From the NCBI RefSeq assembly GCF_009914755.1, contig NC_060934.1: a stretch of DNA of 64,000 bases. One strand, given 5' to 3'. The notes under the pieces were generated by a model that saw only the letters and a program-made list of their open reading frames with translations, did not search any database and had not been told where the DNA came from. Made by a program: the position numbers and the translations under genes. Positions within the stretch are counted from its first letter, which is position 1. Each line of letters opens with the position of its first letter. Of the stretch, positions 30,671 through 49,758 are shown in pieces. This DNA is from the human T2T-CHM13v2.0 reference genome, Homo sapiens.

Positions 30671-32162
30671 TTGTGACTAATAGTCATATTTTTGTTTTTG
30701 TTTTTGCTCAAAAGAATTTCAGAACGAATGACTTTGGGATCAGAAAGCCACCATTCTAATTGATGGTTCCACGACTACACGGGCTCACACTCCTAAGAGC
30801 AAAAGTAAATCATCACAAAGGTGCTTTCTGATAGTTCTAGAGAATGGAGAATTACTGTAACATCTTTCTGATTTTAGGAGAGGTAGCAGTTCCCTTTTTA
30901 GTCTAAACGCTATTTTTTTTAAAGCTCAGCCAAGAGAATCCATTATAATTTTCAAATGTGTGTAACTTAAATTCTCATATGAAATACCACTATGCTTAAA
31001 TTAGTCAAAACATTTTCCCCATCTACAACTCTATCTTGTCATTGCAATCATTTTCACAAAACTGACTGCAGCTCACAGACCCTAAAAGGAGAAAATCCAG
31101 GGCAGGTTATCTGATCTAGTTAGTTTCGAAGACAGGATCCAGAGATTATTTAATATGTAATAGGTCACCTGAAATGTTTACTGAAAACAGCTTGGATCAG
31201 CCCAGTTTTCTACCACTGAACTATGCATTTGCTTTAAAAAACACAACTCTGGGGAATATTGGCTGCTTCCAACTGTGTTGAAGGTGTTAAAGAAAAGAGC
31301 ATAAAATTAAAAATGATCATCTGAGGCCTTTATAGTCTCTGCTCAAGAGACTAGAGTCTTCCATTCTTAACAAAACACCCAAATATCTTCATAATTGGGC
31401 AAAATTTAAATATCAGAGATAATTTTATCTTGAAGATTGTTAAATTATAATGGTGAGTCACTACCTTGCCACGTCTCTAAGTCAAAAATTAGGTCTTTGT
31501 TTAGGAATCAATGGTACTCTGCAACTTGGAAATAGGAAGATTTTAGAGGACTCAAACACTGACTTTCTTGTGTGCAAAAAAAAGACAAGTCTTTCCTTGC
31601 AAGGATACCTCTAATGCTCATACACCACCTCCCCTAACGTTAATATAGCTTCCAGGTCACTAACCAGTGTCAGAGAGCAGCCCATGCAACTAGAAATTCA
31701 AAAGATGTCGAACACAGGGTCAAGCCTAGAATAAGAAGTCTTAGCTAATTAAGTATGCTTTTTTCCCCAAATTCATATTAACAAAAACTTGGATGTCAGA
31801 GAATGCATTCTAAGTTCACTCAATGTAGGAGGGAGAAACATAATTTTAAATTAAGAGCTGAAGCATTCTTGTCCTATCAGAAAGCAAGGAAAACAAAATA
31901 TCACACCACAGGAGGGATTTCACAAATTAGTGTCAACATCAAAACCTTAAAATAGTCAAGGAGAATGCAGATTCACAATGAACTCTTGTACTTGTTTTGT
32001 TCAGAGAAGAGATGGTTCTGAGAGAATGACAGTGAACTAACCCCAGCTGGTTTAGTTGGTGCTTTCAACTGCTGCTTCTGATAAACTCCTTTAGCTAGAA
32101 TAAATTGACGAGGATTTTGGCATGTGGTATTAGAGATGGTTATTAATTTTTTTCCTCTTATT

Positions 32163-32262
32163 TGCATTGTTCAATATAGTAAATACTAGCTGTATATGGC
32201 TACTTCAATTCAGATTAATTACAATGAAATATACTTAAATATTGAATTTTTTAGTCACTGTT
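32163..32262. mobile_element. MER3/MER33-like hAT-Charlie DNA transposon fragment
   Basis: cattgttcaatatagtaaatactagctgtatatggctacttcaattcagattaatt resembles the MER3 end (tgtccaatatggtagccactagccacatgtggctattt). Confidence 0.5.
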
Positions 32263-32995
32263 GGTTCATTATTGAATATCTTCAGCTAAGATTTCCCATC
32301 TAAATACACTAAGAGGTGGCTTAGTTAACTGGTCGTCCACAAATATTAAAGCTGTTGTTAACTCCTGATATATTCTCTGCAAAGAGAATATTCATGAGCC
32401 TCCTCCTGAAATCAGCAGCCTAGAGATAGTTTTATAAATTTGATACAAGTTAGAAATCTATACTCTTTAAGTTTTTGAAATATTAGCTTCCCAGGGAAGA
32501 AAATCAAATTCATAAGATATGTTAGGACAATTTAACTCAAGATGTTCAAAACTGAAATGACATATTCTACAATATGTGATAAAACCACCCCCTAACAACT
32601 TAAAGCAAAATAGGGATTGACCTTAAAGACCTGCCTTTTCCTCATCCTCCAGCCAATCAGTTTTCAAATCTTGCATTTTATTTTGAAAGGTCCTTATCCC
32701 CCTGGTCTCTTGTTTCTAGACTTGGCACATATTTAAGTTTGTTACCGCTATCTACTGACTTTTCTCTCTTCAAACAGTATCTATGCCTGCCAAATGTGAA
32801 CACACAAAAAACAAATCAGAATGTGCCATTCTGATTTAAACTGCTTATTAGTTAATACCCTCAAGATAACATCTGGGTTCTTAGCTGCAATGAGTCAAGC
32901 CTACTTACATCTTTTTTTGTGTTTGGCTGCACATTTCCTATCACATCACACTCCAGCAATGCCAAGCTGTGCCAGCCTTCTACCCCATCTCCACT

Positions 32996-33965
32996 ATTTT
33001 GTCCTCCGCCGCCGCAGCTTTTTGCCTGCCCCGGCTTTTTGCCCCCTCGCCGCCGCGGCTTTTTACCTGCCGCGGCTTTTCGCCCCCCGCCGCCGCGGCA
33101 TTTTGCCCCTGCCGCCGCAGGTTTTTGCCCCCCCCCGCCGCCGTGGCTTTTTCCCCCCACCCCGCCTCGGCTTTTTGCCCGCCCTGGGTTTTTGCCCCCC
33201 TGCCGCCGCAGCTTTTTGCCCCACAGCCGCCGCGGCATTTTCCCCGCCGTGGCTTTTTCCCCCCTGCCTCCGTGGCTTTTTACCCGCTGCGGCTTTTTGC
33301 CCCCACCCTGCCTTGGCTTTTTGTCCGCCACGGCTTTTTGCTCCCCGTCGCCGCGGCTTTTTCCTCACCCGGCTTTTTAGCCCCCGCCACGGTGTCTTTT
33401 TGCCCCCACCCCGCCTCGGCTTTGTGCCCCCCTCCCGGCCGCGGCTTTTTGCCCGCCGTGGCTTTTTGCCCCCCGCCGACGCGGCTTTTTGTCCTCCGTT
33501 GACGCGGCTTTTTGCCCCCCGCCGCGGCTTTTTGCCCCCTGCCGCCGCGACTTTTTACCCGTCGCGGCTTTTGCCCCTGCCTGCTGCGGCATTTTGTCCC
33601 CCGCCCCCGCAGCTTTTTGCCCCCCGCCGCCGCGGCTTTTTGCAGCCCCCCGGTGCTGCCATGGCTTTTTGTCCGCCGCGGCTTTTTGCCCCTCCGCCGC
33701 CGTGGCTTTTTGTCGCCGCTGCTTTTTGCCCGCTCCAGCTTTTTGCACAACCGCCGCCGTGGCTTTTTGGCCGACCCGGGTTTTTGCCCCCCCGCCGCCG
33801 TGGCTTTTTCCCTGCCGTGGCTTTTTACCCCCTGCCCCCGCGGCTTTTTACTCTCCGTGGCTTTTTGCCCCCACCCCGCCTCGGCTTTTTGCCCCCCCGC
33901 CTACGCGGCTTTTTGCTGCCGTGGCTTTTTGCCCGCCGTGGCTTTTTGCCCCCGCCACCTTTGCA
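32996..33965. repeat. GC/CpG-rich pericentromeric GCTTTTTGCCCCC(GCC)n repeat (the GCTTTTTGC/CAAAAAGC repeat known at ABCD1 duplication breakpoints)
   Basis: Dozens of degenerate units gccgcggctttttgcccccc of variable length; very A-poor + strand. Confidence 0.92.
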
Positions 33966-34083
33966 ACCTTAATTTCACTTGAAATCTAATTTCCCACTGC
34001 CAAGCCACCTAACATATTTATATGTTAGACTCTGGGAATTAGGACATGAACGTTTTTGGGGGGCCATTATTTTGTCTACAGCA
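33963..34083 (-). mobile_element. MLT1 (MLT1D/E-like) LTR terminal fragment, truncated by the GC-rich repeat
   Basis: caaccttaattt...cctaacatattt...gggaattaggacatgaacgtttttggggggccattattttgtctaca matches an MLT1 LTR end. Confidence 0.6.
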
Positions 34084-34172
34084 GACAGAATCTACACTGC
34101 CTGGGAGGCGCAGAGTATCTTGGGGGAGGCAGGGCCGGCCCTTCCCTCCGTGGACACCCAGGTTTCCCACAG

Positions 34173-34318
34173 GCCCTACATGTCTGTGGGATCCCTGCGT
34201 GACCAGGTGATCTACCCGGACTCAGTGGAGGACATGCGAAGGAAGGGCTACTCGGAGCAGGACCTGGAAGCCATCCTGGATATCGTGCACCCACACCACA
34301 TCCTGCAGTGGGAGGGAG
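34173..34318 (+). pseudogene. ABCD1P: ABCD1 pseudogene exon 7 (146 bp)
   Basis: cacag|GCCCTACATG...GGAGGGAG|gtagg; [48 protein letters not shown]. Confidence 0.96.
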
Positions 34319-35479
34319 GTAGGAGGCCTGGGGCTGGCAGCCGCCCTTTGTCCCACCCTGGCCTCTCCCTTGGCCTCCAGGGAGGGAAGATTATCTCAAC
34401 ATCCAGGAGTCTAAAGTGCCAGGTGCCACAGGGGCAGGGCAGAGGGTGCTACCTCTGAGGCCCGCCTACCAGGGAGGACCAACACCACACAGATGGTCCC
34501 AGGTGGCATGGGTGCTCTAGGGAAGGGGGCACCTAGCAGGGATGCGCACCTCATTGGGGGACCCAGGATACCCTCTCCCAGAAAAAAGGGGTCTGAGCTG
34601 AGCCCTGCAGAATGCTAAGTGGTTACCCCATCCAGGAGCCAGGGGCAGCAGGGCAGAGTGTGGCCCGAAGGCTTGGTGGTGTGAGAGGCTGGCTCACAGA
34701 GGGCCCTCCGGACCAGGCGGGAGCCTAGGCATTCCCTGAGCAGGATCAGACGCTCTTCGAAGGACCATGGGGCGGTGGGCAGGGGCAGCCTGGGAGGGGC
34801 AGGCACATGTGTGCAGTGATAGCTACTGTCAGGAGGTCTGTGCAGATGCTTGGAGGGGGCTGGGGTCAGCAGAGTCGGGTGGATTCAGAGATGAGTTCAC
34901 TGAAAAGGAGGCCAGACTGAGCTGTTTTCTTGTCCTGGGCTTATCAAGGAATACTGCTTGTCCACAGTGTCTGTCGGGCCGGGAGAGCGGAGGAGGAGAG
35001 GGGGGTGCAGCTACAGGGACACAGTAGATGGAAAGTTCAGTTCTGTCTTTGAATTCTGAGCCTCTGGGTTCTGCTTCCAGCCCCCACTGCTGGGTGCGAG
35101 ATGGCCCTGGGCAAGGACCTCGCCTTGCTGGAGCTCCCCTTCATGGTTCAAGGGCACAGGCACCAAGCCCTCCCTCGGTGGCAACATGAGAAAAAGTGGC
35201 TCCTGCAGGAAATGACCAGGGTGTTGTCACCTGCCTGTGGAGGAAGCGGGAACACAGGTGGCGATGGTGGTGGAGCAGCCCCTGGCCAGGCCCTGCCTCT
35301 TGCTCCTGCTGCCCTTGGCCTGGGAGCATATGGCCTCTCCCACCTCTGTGGCAGCCTGAATGCCCAGGGCCTGTGGCCGGCCAGCATGAGCCGTTAGGAT
35401 GGAGTTGAGCTGCAAGGAACAGAACCAGCCTCCCCACAGTAGTGGCTAAGATCATCTGTGAGTTTATCCTACTGAGCTG

Positions 35480-35840
35480 TTAGGTCCCAAGAGAGCCAGG
35501 CCACGGTTGCCAGGGCAGGCCCTGCTCTGTGAAGACCCCAAGGCTCTAGGATTTTCGACCATGTCGCTCTGCTGTGTGTGGCCTCCATTCCCAAAGTCAC
35601 CTCATGATCCAGGAGGGCTGCTGCAGCCCTCACATCATGTCCCAGGCTGTAGGATGGAGGAAGTAGAAGGGAAGGGGCAAAAGGTATGTGCCTTCTGTCT
35701 TTTAAGGAAGGTTCCAGAAACCGCCATATTGAATACTTACAGTTATATCTTATTGACCACAACTTAGTCTCATGCTCACACCTCACCACAAGGCCACCTG
35801 GGAAGCGTAATCTCTACTCTGGGTGGCCATATACCATGTC
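35480..35840. mobile_element. Old MaLR (MLT1J/K-like) LTR fragment in ABCD1P intron 7
   Basis: gtcacctcatgatccaggagggctgctgcagcc...tcttattgaccacaacttagtctcatgctcacacct...ctgggaagcgtaatct resembles MLT1J. Confidence 0.45.
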
Positions 35841-36079
35841 GCCACTTCTAGCCCTGGGCCGCTGGGGAAGGCAGCATGGGCGAGAAGACAGGAGGGGCCA
35901 CTTCTGCCACAGTCCCCCGGCTAATGGAGCAGCCGGCTCACCTGCTTGTTCAAGCAGCCCACTCGAGCCTTGCCAAAGTGCTGGCACGGGGCAGTGACAG
36001 GAGGCCCAACCCCTGTGGGTGACAAGCCCCCGGTCTGGGGAGAGCACTCAGGCCGCTCTGGAGCTCTGTGCCAAGGAAC

Positions 36080-36460
36080 TGTATGGTTGTCCTGGGGCTG
36101 CCATAAACCACAGGGGTGGATCATCTCCTAGCTCCAGCAGTCCGAGATCCTGGTACCAGCAGGGTGGGTTCCTTCCGGGTGCCATGACAGAAGGATGTGT
36201 TCCAGGCCTCTGTCCTCGGCTCGCAGATGGTCCACTTCTCCCTGTATATCTTCACCTCGTGTTCCCCTGTGCACGTCCTCTGCTCGCACACCCCCTTTTT
36301 ATGAGGACACAGTCATATTGAATTAGGGTCCACTCTGATGACCTCATCTTAGTGTGATCACCTCTGCAAAGGACCTATCTCCAAATAAGGTCACACTAAA
36401 GTGTTGGGGCTTGGACTCCACCATATCTCTTCTGGGGGAAGGCATGATTCCAGTCCCCAC
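36080..36460 (-). mobile_element. MLT1B/C-like LTR in ABCD1P intron 7
   Basis: ggggctgccataaacc...ttatgaggacacagtcatattgaattagggtccactctgatgacctcatctt...ctctgcaaaggacctatctccaaataaggtcacac. Confidence 0.75.
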
Positions 36461-36470
36461 TCCTCCATGA

Positions 36471-36701
<231 letters not shown>

Positions 36702-36787
36702 TGAGCACTCCAGGCTGGCAGCCTCCCTGGGGTCCCCTGGAAGGAGAAGTAGCAGCTGTGGGGAGGCCTGGGCTCAGTGGAGCCTGA

Positions 36788-37367
<580 letters not shown>

Positions 37368-39039
37368 CCCCACCCTCTCCAGCCCCTTCCCCGCCCCCAA
37401 GCTCGAATCACATGAAGGAGACAGCAGCACCCACCTGCGCACGCACCCCGCCCCTGCATGCCTGGCCCCTCCTCTTAGAAGACCCTTCCCGACCTCGGGA
37501 AAGTAGATGTGGAGGGTGGCACCCTGCGTAACCCTAGCCCTGTCCCTCCCACTCCCTGGGGGGGCTATTCCACAGTGGCTGGGCCCTGTCCAAGGCAGTG
37601 AGTCCTCTACTTTGCTCCGTAGAGGAAGCTGGGGTACAAGGGGCCCAGTGCTGGCCACACAGCAGCGCAGCCGAGTCCCAGGAGCCCCTCAGGCCACAGC
37701 CCCTGGTGCTGCAGGTGGCCTCCCTCCTCGTCAGTCTCTCAAAGACCCCATGGTCCATCCCCTGAGGGTGGCCAGCCAAGGCTCCCATCCCGTGCGATGC
37801 CATAAAAGCCGCCCAGTGGTACCCACGGTCACACGGAGCGCCTCACCTGCATCCTCTCCCCCACAAGAGCCCCGAAGATCCCATGGGAGAGGGACACACA
37901 GCACTGCCTGCCAAGAGAGAATGTAGGCCCCGCCCCCTCGGCCCCTCACCTCCTCTTTCTACAGTCTAATTTATTGGATTCCCTATTCATAGCCATCTCT
38001 GTGGCCAATGTGACTACCCTGCCAGCAGCGGGGACGGCCCAGCCTCTGAGTACCCTGGGGCCCCGGCTCCCACTGGTGCCAAACCCAGCCCCTGTGGCCG
38101 TCACCCCGCCAGCCTACACTGCCAGCCACCACCTGGCCACACGGACCTTTGCTTGCTAGCGGAGAGTGCGGACACCATGTTCCCAGCTCAGTACCAAAGA
38201 GGGGTCACCAGGGGGAGCTGTCTGCAGAGCCAGCACCTGCCCGAGAGAGACCCCACCGCCACCTTGTGCCTTTCCCGGGCCCTCAGCCTTCAGGCTGGGC
38301 GCCATCCCGAGTCCCCCCCCCGTAAAAGCCTCCATTGGCAAATGCAGTCCTTCCCCCCTGCCTCAGAGTCTGGTGGTGTCTGCTGCGGGTCTTGGGGAGA
38401 GATGGAGGAGAGAGAGTGGGTTGCCTGTGGGGGAAAGAGTGAGTTTGGGAAAGGAGTGGGCCTGACCCCCAAGCCCCTCCGTGGGGGAAAGTCACCAGAA
38501 GACATGGTCCAACGTGCCCTCCATCGAGCCTCACGCCAATGCTCTTAGGATTCCTGTGACGGTGGCAGGGCAGAACCTGCAACAACATTGCACAGAAATA
38601 CTGGCTGAGCCCAAATAGGACTAGGGGAGGGGATCATGCTGGTCCCTGTGGGAAGAGCACGAAGGCAAGAGAAGGGATGTCTAAGCTGCCACACAGGGTG
38701 CTGCTGGCCCTTCTAGGGAGAGGAGGCCACTTGTGCAGGGGCCTTGGGGGAACTGGGAGCACAGTGCAGGGTGTTCCTGCTGCATGCAGGGGAAGGGAGG
38801 GCAAGGGAATGGAGGGCTGTGGCCGGCGGGCCTTGGAGGCCACACTACAGAGACAGGACTTAGCCCAGAGGCCACTGAGGAGCTTTCAGTAACAGGGAAG
38901 CAGTGTCGAGTACTGCAGGCCACGTGGCTGCATTTGAGGGTGGCTGGTGGGAATAGGGTGCGGCAGCCCATCTGGCCTCGGAGGCATGAGAACTGAGAAC
39001 AGCTGTACGGCCATACCTTTATGCATGGATGGCCATAGC

Positions 39040-39710
39040 CTCCCAAAGGTGGGACAGCCTGAGTGTTCATCAACAGACAAATGGAGAAACAGCCTGTCCA
39101 TAAGGCGCGGTGCCATTCCACCATAACACGACGGATAGACCTCAAAGAGTTCATGCTGGGTGAAAGAAGCCAGACACAAATGTCCAGAATAGGCTCATCG
39201 GGACAGAAAGCAGATGAGTGGGTTTCAGGGGCTGGGGCAGGGGAAGGAAAATGGGGCAGGGGCAGTCCTTTTTAAGAAATTTTGTATTTATATTTTATTT
39301 TTTAATGAGACAGACAGGGTCTCACCCTGTCACCCAGGCTGGAGTGCAGTGGCGCAGTCATAACTCACGGCAGCCTTGATCTCCCGGGCTCAAGCAATCC
39401 TGCCCCAGCCTCCTGAGTAGCTGGAACCACAGGCGTGTGCCACCATACCCTGCTAATTTTGTGATTTTTTTTTTTTTGTAGACAGGATCTCACTATGTTG
39501 CCCAGGCTGGTCTCAAACTGCTGAGCTCAAGCGATCGCCCTGCCTCAACCTCCCACAGTGCTGGATTATAGGTATGAGCCACCACACCCAGCCTCAGGTT
39601 TCTTTTTATTTTGAAGAAAATGTTCTGGAACTATAGAGCATACTAAATGCCACTGAATTGTGCACTTTAAAGGGATTGATTGTATATTTTGTAAATATCG
39701 CCTCAAAAAC
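39040..39710 (+). mobile_element. Old L1M 3'-end fragment, interrupted by an AluJ
   Basis: tgttcatcaacagacaaatgg, atgctgggtgaaagaagccagacacaaa, aaaatgttctggaact, actaaatgccactgaattgtgcactttaaa. Confidence 0.7.
39285..39593 (-). mobile_element. AluJ
   Basis: Reverse-complement dimeric Alu: gagacagacagggtctcacc...gagccaccacacccagcc. Confidence 0.9.
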
Positions 39711-40225
39711 AGACAGATAGATGACTGATGGATAAATAGATACATAGATATATAGATATACAGACATGATATAGACAATTGATCAATAGATGATGGGTGA
39801 TTCATAGGTGCTAACTGATAGATAAAATACACGATAGATACATGGATAGATGAATAGAGAGAGATGATAGATGATTTAAAAAAATTTTTTAGAGATGAGA
39901 TCTCGCTATCTTGCCCAGTCTGGACTTGATCTGCTAGCATCAAGCAGTCCTCCTGCTTCAGCCTCCTGAGTTACTGGGACTACAGACACATGCTACTGTG
40001 CCTGGTGATAGATAAATTATTGAAAGATAGACATGATAGAGGCATAAATGATAGATAGATGGATAGACATGATAAAGGGTGGATAGGAAGATACATGGGA
40101 TAGATCAATGATTGATTATAGAAGTAAATGATATAGATTAATAGATTATTGATTATAGATTAATAGGTGGATACCTGATTGATAGATGATTGATCGATTG
40201 TTTGGTTGACTGATGGAGAGAGACA
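39710..40225. repeat. Degenerate (GATA/TAGA)n simple repeat, split by an Alu monomer
   Basis: gatagatagat, gatagatgat motifs on both sides of 39880-40005. Confidence 0.8.
39880..40005 (-). mobile_element. Free Alu monomer (FLAM/FAM-like)
   Basis: tttagagatgagatctcgctatcttgcccag...cagcctcctgagttactgggactacag...gcctgg. Confidence 0.75.
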
Positions 40226-41006
40226 GAGAAGCAAGCATAGCCATTGCAGCCACCCAGACAAGACTTGCTGAGGACTGGAGTTCCAGAAGTTTCGAGCAGT
40301 TGGAAGAACTTGACAGGCATGGGGGCAGCTTCTTCAGGGAGTAGAGGGGGCAGCAAGATACCACTGGGTTCTGGTTGGAAGGTTAGGTGAGCGACAGCAC
40401 CCTTGGTGGACAGAGGCAGCTCCAAAGGAGGGGAAGGCCTGGGGAGCAGGTGCAGCCCGAGGGGATGGTGCGTAGGCAGTTGGTTCAGAGCCTGGGGCTC
40501 CTCAGTGGGACATGGGTCAGCAGGGAGGCCAGTGGTCATTAAAGTTTGGATGGAGACAGCATGGCTGAGGGGAGGGGCATGCTTGGCATCTCATTTAGGG
40601 GACAGGAGGTAGACTGTTTACCTGTATTTTGAGATTAGGATTTATTCCTGATCCCAGGAGGTGGCCTATTCGGAGGGCTGGGAGTTGTTCCTCCATTTCT
40701 TTTGATGATTGTGTAAGTCGCCCATGCTTGATCATAAACCCCTTTTGTTTATTTTTGACACATAGCTGGAATAGCTCTAATTACTAGAGACAGAAGGAGA
40801 CACATCTGGCAAAGACCATCCAAAAGGAAGCTAGTGGAGAGAAGCTCATATCTCACAAAGTAGGCTCCAGGGCAAAATCATTATTAGGATTAAAAGTGAT
40901 TGCAGCATACGGATGTATTCATTCCAAAGCATTCACTGGTGGGGGAGGGGTGGGGGAAAAAGAATAAATACATAAATAATTTAATTATTTTAAAAGAAGT
41001 ATTAGT

Positions 41007-41442
<436 letters not shown>

Positions 41443-41479
41443 TTAAGCAAACTCAATTAGGAAGAATATAGAAAAATTG

Positions 41480-41765
41480 GGCCAGGCATAGTGTTTCATG
41501 CTTGTAATCCCAACACTTTGGGAGGCGAAGGCAGGCAGATTACTTGAGGTCTGGAGTTTGAGACCAGCTTGGCCAACATGATGAAACTAAAATAAAAAAT
41601 ACAAAAATGAGCCAGATGTGGTGGCTCATGCCTGTAATCCCAGCTACTCGGGTGGCTAAGGCAGGAGATTCACTTGAACTTGAGGTTTCAGTGAGCTGAG
41701 ATCATGCCCCTGCACTCCAGCCTGGGCAACAGAGTGAGACTCTGTCAAAAAATAAAAATAAAAAG
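41480..41765 (+). mobile_element. AluS (small internal deletions)
   Basis: Dimeric Alu with A-tail; TSD-like aagaatatagaaaa/aagaatatggaaaa. Confidence 0.9.
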
Positions 41766-42003
41766 AATATGGAAAAGTTGAACAAACTTGATTTAGTGGA
41801 CACCCAAAAACTACAGACCACACATTGTTTTCAAGTTCACCTTGGACATTTACCAACACTCACCATGTCCTAGGCTGCAAAACAAGACTCAACAAATAGC
41901 AAAAGAACTTGCATCACACCAGCCATGTTCTTGATGTAACAGAATAAAGGCATAAATTGGCAACCAAACTAAAATTAAGGGTTCCCCTATGTTTGGAAAT
42001 TTA

Positions 42004-42150
<147 letters not shown>

Positions 42151-42311
42151 ATTATTTTTTAAATTAAAAAAATAAAAAATAATGCACTGGTCCGAGAAGA
42201 ATTAGAATGAAAATCTAAAAGCATTTAGAACCGAACAATGAAAACTATGTACAAAAGCTTAAGCCATGTAGCCCAAGCAGTACTACAAGGAAATTTGAAA
42301 AAAAAAAGTGT

Positions 42312-42606
<295 letters not shown>

Positions 42607-42924
42607 TTGTAAAAAATAGAAATAATATTATGAAGTACAGAGGGATCTCCCTGCAGGCACCACTGGGAGCTGAAACATCAGGGGCACCTGGGGGGTGAAA
42701 GACATGAGTGGGAACAACTTCAGCCCTTGCTTCTCCTCCAAACACCACTAAAAGGAATGCAAAGGGATTGCAGATGTAAAAGGGAAGAGTTCACAGCAGA
42801 GAGTGAGAGGAGCGCCTGCCAGGAACATCACAGAAGCTGGAAAACAAGTTAGGGAGTGATAACTGATTCAAAGGATCAGCGTGAACTTGGAAAAAAGTGG
42901 TGGGAAGCACCAAGGGCACAGGCC

Positions 42925-43030
42925 CACAGAGGAAAGGCCACGTGAGGCCACCACCCAGAAGATAGGACTTGGAAGAAACCAACCCTGCTGGCACCGTGAT
43001 CCTGGGCTTCCAGCCTGCAGGACTGTCAGA
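42925..43030 (+). mobile_element. MLT1 LTR fragment
   Basis: aaggccacgtgagg...gaagaaaccaaccctgctggcaccgtgatcctgggcttccagcctgcaggactgt. Confidence 0.6.
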
Positions 43031-43349
43031 CCATTACGGTGTTGGACTGACACTGTAAAGAAAGAAGTAGTGATAGCACACATGGTTGTCTCACTCCAGT
43101 TCTAAAAGGGGGAAGGATGCCGGGTGTGGTGGTCTCCAGAAGGCCCTTCCATGTTTCTCTGTGGCACCCACAGTGCCTGGATGTCAGCACTGGGAGAAAC
43201 CGCCTCCAAATTCATCTGTAAAATCCGAGCATCAGTGAGCTCAACTCTCCCGCTTTCTCAGCTCTCTGTTTCCATTAGGTTTGGTTGATCTGGGTCAGGG
43301 CCAGCATCAGAGGTAAATCCAAAGCTGTTCTCTGTGCACTGACCTCTTG

Positions 43350-43880
43350 TCCCTTCTCTTACATGTCTGCCATGTCCACTAGCCTGTGAGCTTCAGGAGA
43401 CAAAGGAGCATGTTTCTTCTTCCTGATACCCCTGAAACTTGCACAGTACATGCTATAAAATGCAGATTCAATGAGGGATCTTTGCAATACAATTTTGAGA
43501 AAGAATCATGAACCAGGATTTAGCGTCTCTTCCCATCAAACCCCAGGCCCATAGAGCAATTGCCTTTACCTGTGATGCACACCTCCTACCTGTCCTCCCC
43601 GCAGCCCGGCATCTCTGTCCTGCAGACCAAACACAAAACTCATTGCCATCCCTCTTCAACCTGGCTTCCTTTCTGACTTCCCTTCAGGTGCCCCAGGCAG
43701 AACCATGGGGATCATCTGACCCTCTGTCTGCCTCATCCTTCCCTATCCCACCAGTCCATGTCCTACTGACTCAGTCCTTAAAGTCCCTCTCGCTCCCCAC
43801 CGGATCCTCAGTGTCTGGTAGTACGGCGCCTGACATGGGAGGTACACAGCGACCACTAGGTGAATACAAGAATGATGTGA
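43350..43880 (+). mobile_element. L2 fragments
   Basis: ccactagcctgtgagcttcaggagacaaagg; cagaccaaacacaaaactcat; gcgcctgacatgggaggtacacag...tgaatacaagaatga. Confidence 0.45.
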
Positions 43881-43882
43881 TT

Positions 43883-44010
43883 GGCCAGGCGCAGTGGCTC
43901 ATGCCTGTAATCCCAGCACTTTGGGAGGCCGAGGCAGGCGGATCACGAGGTGAGGAGATCGAGACCATCCTGGCTAACAGGGTGAAACCCGGTATCTACT
44001 AAAAATACAA
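43883..44010 (+). mobile_element. AluY-like left half, truncated at the central A-rich linker
   Basis: gatcacgaggtgaggagatcgagaccatcctggctaac (Y/Sc diagnostics), then ctactaaaaatacaa|ttctggtc with no right monomer. Confidence 0.88.
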
Positions 44011-44599
44011 TTCTGGTCATGCGCAGGTACTATTCATCAAGAAAGGTATTACAACATCAGAAATGTGTTCAAAATGTATCCGTACTTTGACATATTAATG
44101 AAGTAATCACATTCTACACAAAACTACTCCATATGGAATATTGGGGAGGGGGTGTTCCAAATAAAGAGACTGAGGATTTCTCATGAGAACTCAGTGTCTG
44201 CTAGAAAATATCTAAGTAAAATATTTTACTTATGCAGAAAGTGTGGATGTTTGTGCATCAAAAGTTTCAAGAATCCCTAAAATGTACAATGGAGATGAGG
44301 AGAAAATATCAGAATTTCCCAGCACCAGAAATGAGGCAAGAAAAAATTCAGAGGAGTTGTAAATGTGAAAAGCCAATGGCTGGTCACACAGCAACATTGA
44401 AAACCTTGTGCCAGGACAACTAGAATAAATACATAAACATACAGATTGAAAATATTTCCAAATATTAGATCTCCCTCATGTGAGAATTAAATTATAAAGA
44501 TTGAAGCATATAATAAGCTACCAGAATTTAGGCTACCAGAATAAATTCGATTACACATAAATTTCTGACATTGAAATTGTCACAAATGTTTAAGTTGGT

Positions 44600-49473
<4,874 letters not shown>

Positions 49474-49758
49474 ACCCTGACCCTGACCCTGACCCCTAAC
49501 CCCTGACCCTGACCCCTAACCCCTGAACATAACCCTAACCCCTAACCCTAACCCTTAACCCTAACCCTAACCCCTAACCCCAACCCTCACCCTCACCCTA
49601 ACCCAACCCTAAACCCTAATCCCTAACCCCTAACCTCTCTTAACCACTAACTCTAAACGTTGATTCCTAACCCCTAACTCTGTCCCCAACTTCTATCTCC
49701 AACCCCTAACCCTAAACTTAACCCCTAACCCCTAACCCTAACACCAACCTTAACCCTA
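49474..49758. repeat. Interstitial telomere-like repeat (CCCTAA)n with CCCTGA, CCCTCA, CCCCAA and CCCCTAA variants
   Basis: accctgaccctgaccctgacccctaacccctgacc...ccctaaccctaacccctaacc. Confidence 0.95.

Noticed and set aside
32996-33965. CRISPR-like repeat/spacer reading of the GCTTTTTGC array
   Set aside because: The intervening sequences are variants of one another rather than unique spacers, the context is primate DNA, and there are no cas genes.
32821-33989. 383-aa Pro/Arg/Phe-rich ORF and overlapping ORFs on both strands
   Set aside because: They arise from the GC-rich, A-poor repeat and are open in nearly all frames, so there is no coding signal.
49474-49758. True chromosome end, or the chr2 head-to-head fusion site
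   Set aside because: The tract is short, degenerate, in a single orientation and flanked on both sides; there is no TTAGGG/CCCTAA inversion point.
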